A stretch of DNA of 64,000 nucleotides, taken from Callorhinchus milii (lineage: Eukaryota). Positions 63,801 to 64,000 of the stretch are shown here, piece by piece (the stretch's first letter is position 1; each line of letters begins with the position of its first letter). Where the stretch lies: contig NW_024704743.1 of assembly GCF_018977255.1 (NCBI RefSeq), positions 110,734,001 through 110,798,000 of the forward strand. Direction: 5' to 3'. The translations under genes and the position numbers were made by a program. Under the pieces are notes generated by a model. The model worked only from the letters and a program-made list of their open reading frames with translations. It did not search any database and had not been told where the DNA came from.

Positions 63801-64000
63801 TTTGTAGATTGAATCATATTGAAAGAAACGGTGAGACAATACCGGTTCGTGGACAATGCAACATTTGGAAATATTTCTCCTGAGCTTCCTTTTAAACAAC
63901 TTTTGTCAACCTTAATTTTTGACTTATTATGATTATAAAAATTGACGTTGCTCTGCCAACGCAGCCCATTATAGATGATGGTTCAATGTAGAAAGGTACC

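Noticed and set aside
42311..64000. ZNF704 exon 3 (expected ..MDKVTAAMVLTSLS..)
   Set aside because: No matching sequence found by eye; presumably beyond the window.

Overview
Eukaryotic, intron-rich vertebrate DNA. The repeat content (tRNA-Ala/Deu-domain SINEs, L2 and CR1 LINE tails) points to a cartilaginous fish, probably a chimaera such as Callorhinchus (inference). The window holds two + strand genes in the same order as in mammals. The first is the 3' part of PAG1/Cbp: coding exons 1154-1205, 2093-2189, 3457-4037 and 14073-14453, then a probable ~4.5 kb 3'UTR. The second is the 5' part of ZNF704: coding exons 28364-28648 and 42063-42310, with the rest beyond the window. The remainder is introns and intergenic DNA filled with SINEs, L2/CR1/RTE fragments, very old Gypsy-like relics, an hAT-like end and simple repeats. 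Most notable observations: (1) a 242-bp palindromic Penelope-type insertion with a perfect 14-bp target-site duplication and minimal hammerhead-ribozyme motifs; (2) a PAG1 that lacks the C-terminal TRL PDZ-binding motif; (3) a diverged partial duplicate of ZNF704 exon 2; (4) ZNF704 exon 1 lying between TG-based satellites; (5) SINE subfamilies whose 3' stem-loop loop differs, one matching a LINE partner. I see no convincing wholly new protein-coding system. Most long ORFs in the track are repeat artefacts. Homology calls are by eye from remembered sequences, and repeat boundaries are approximate.
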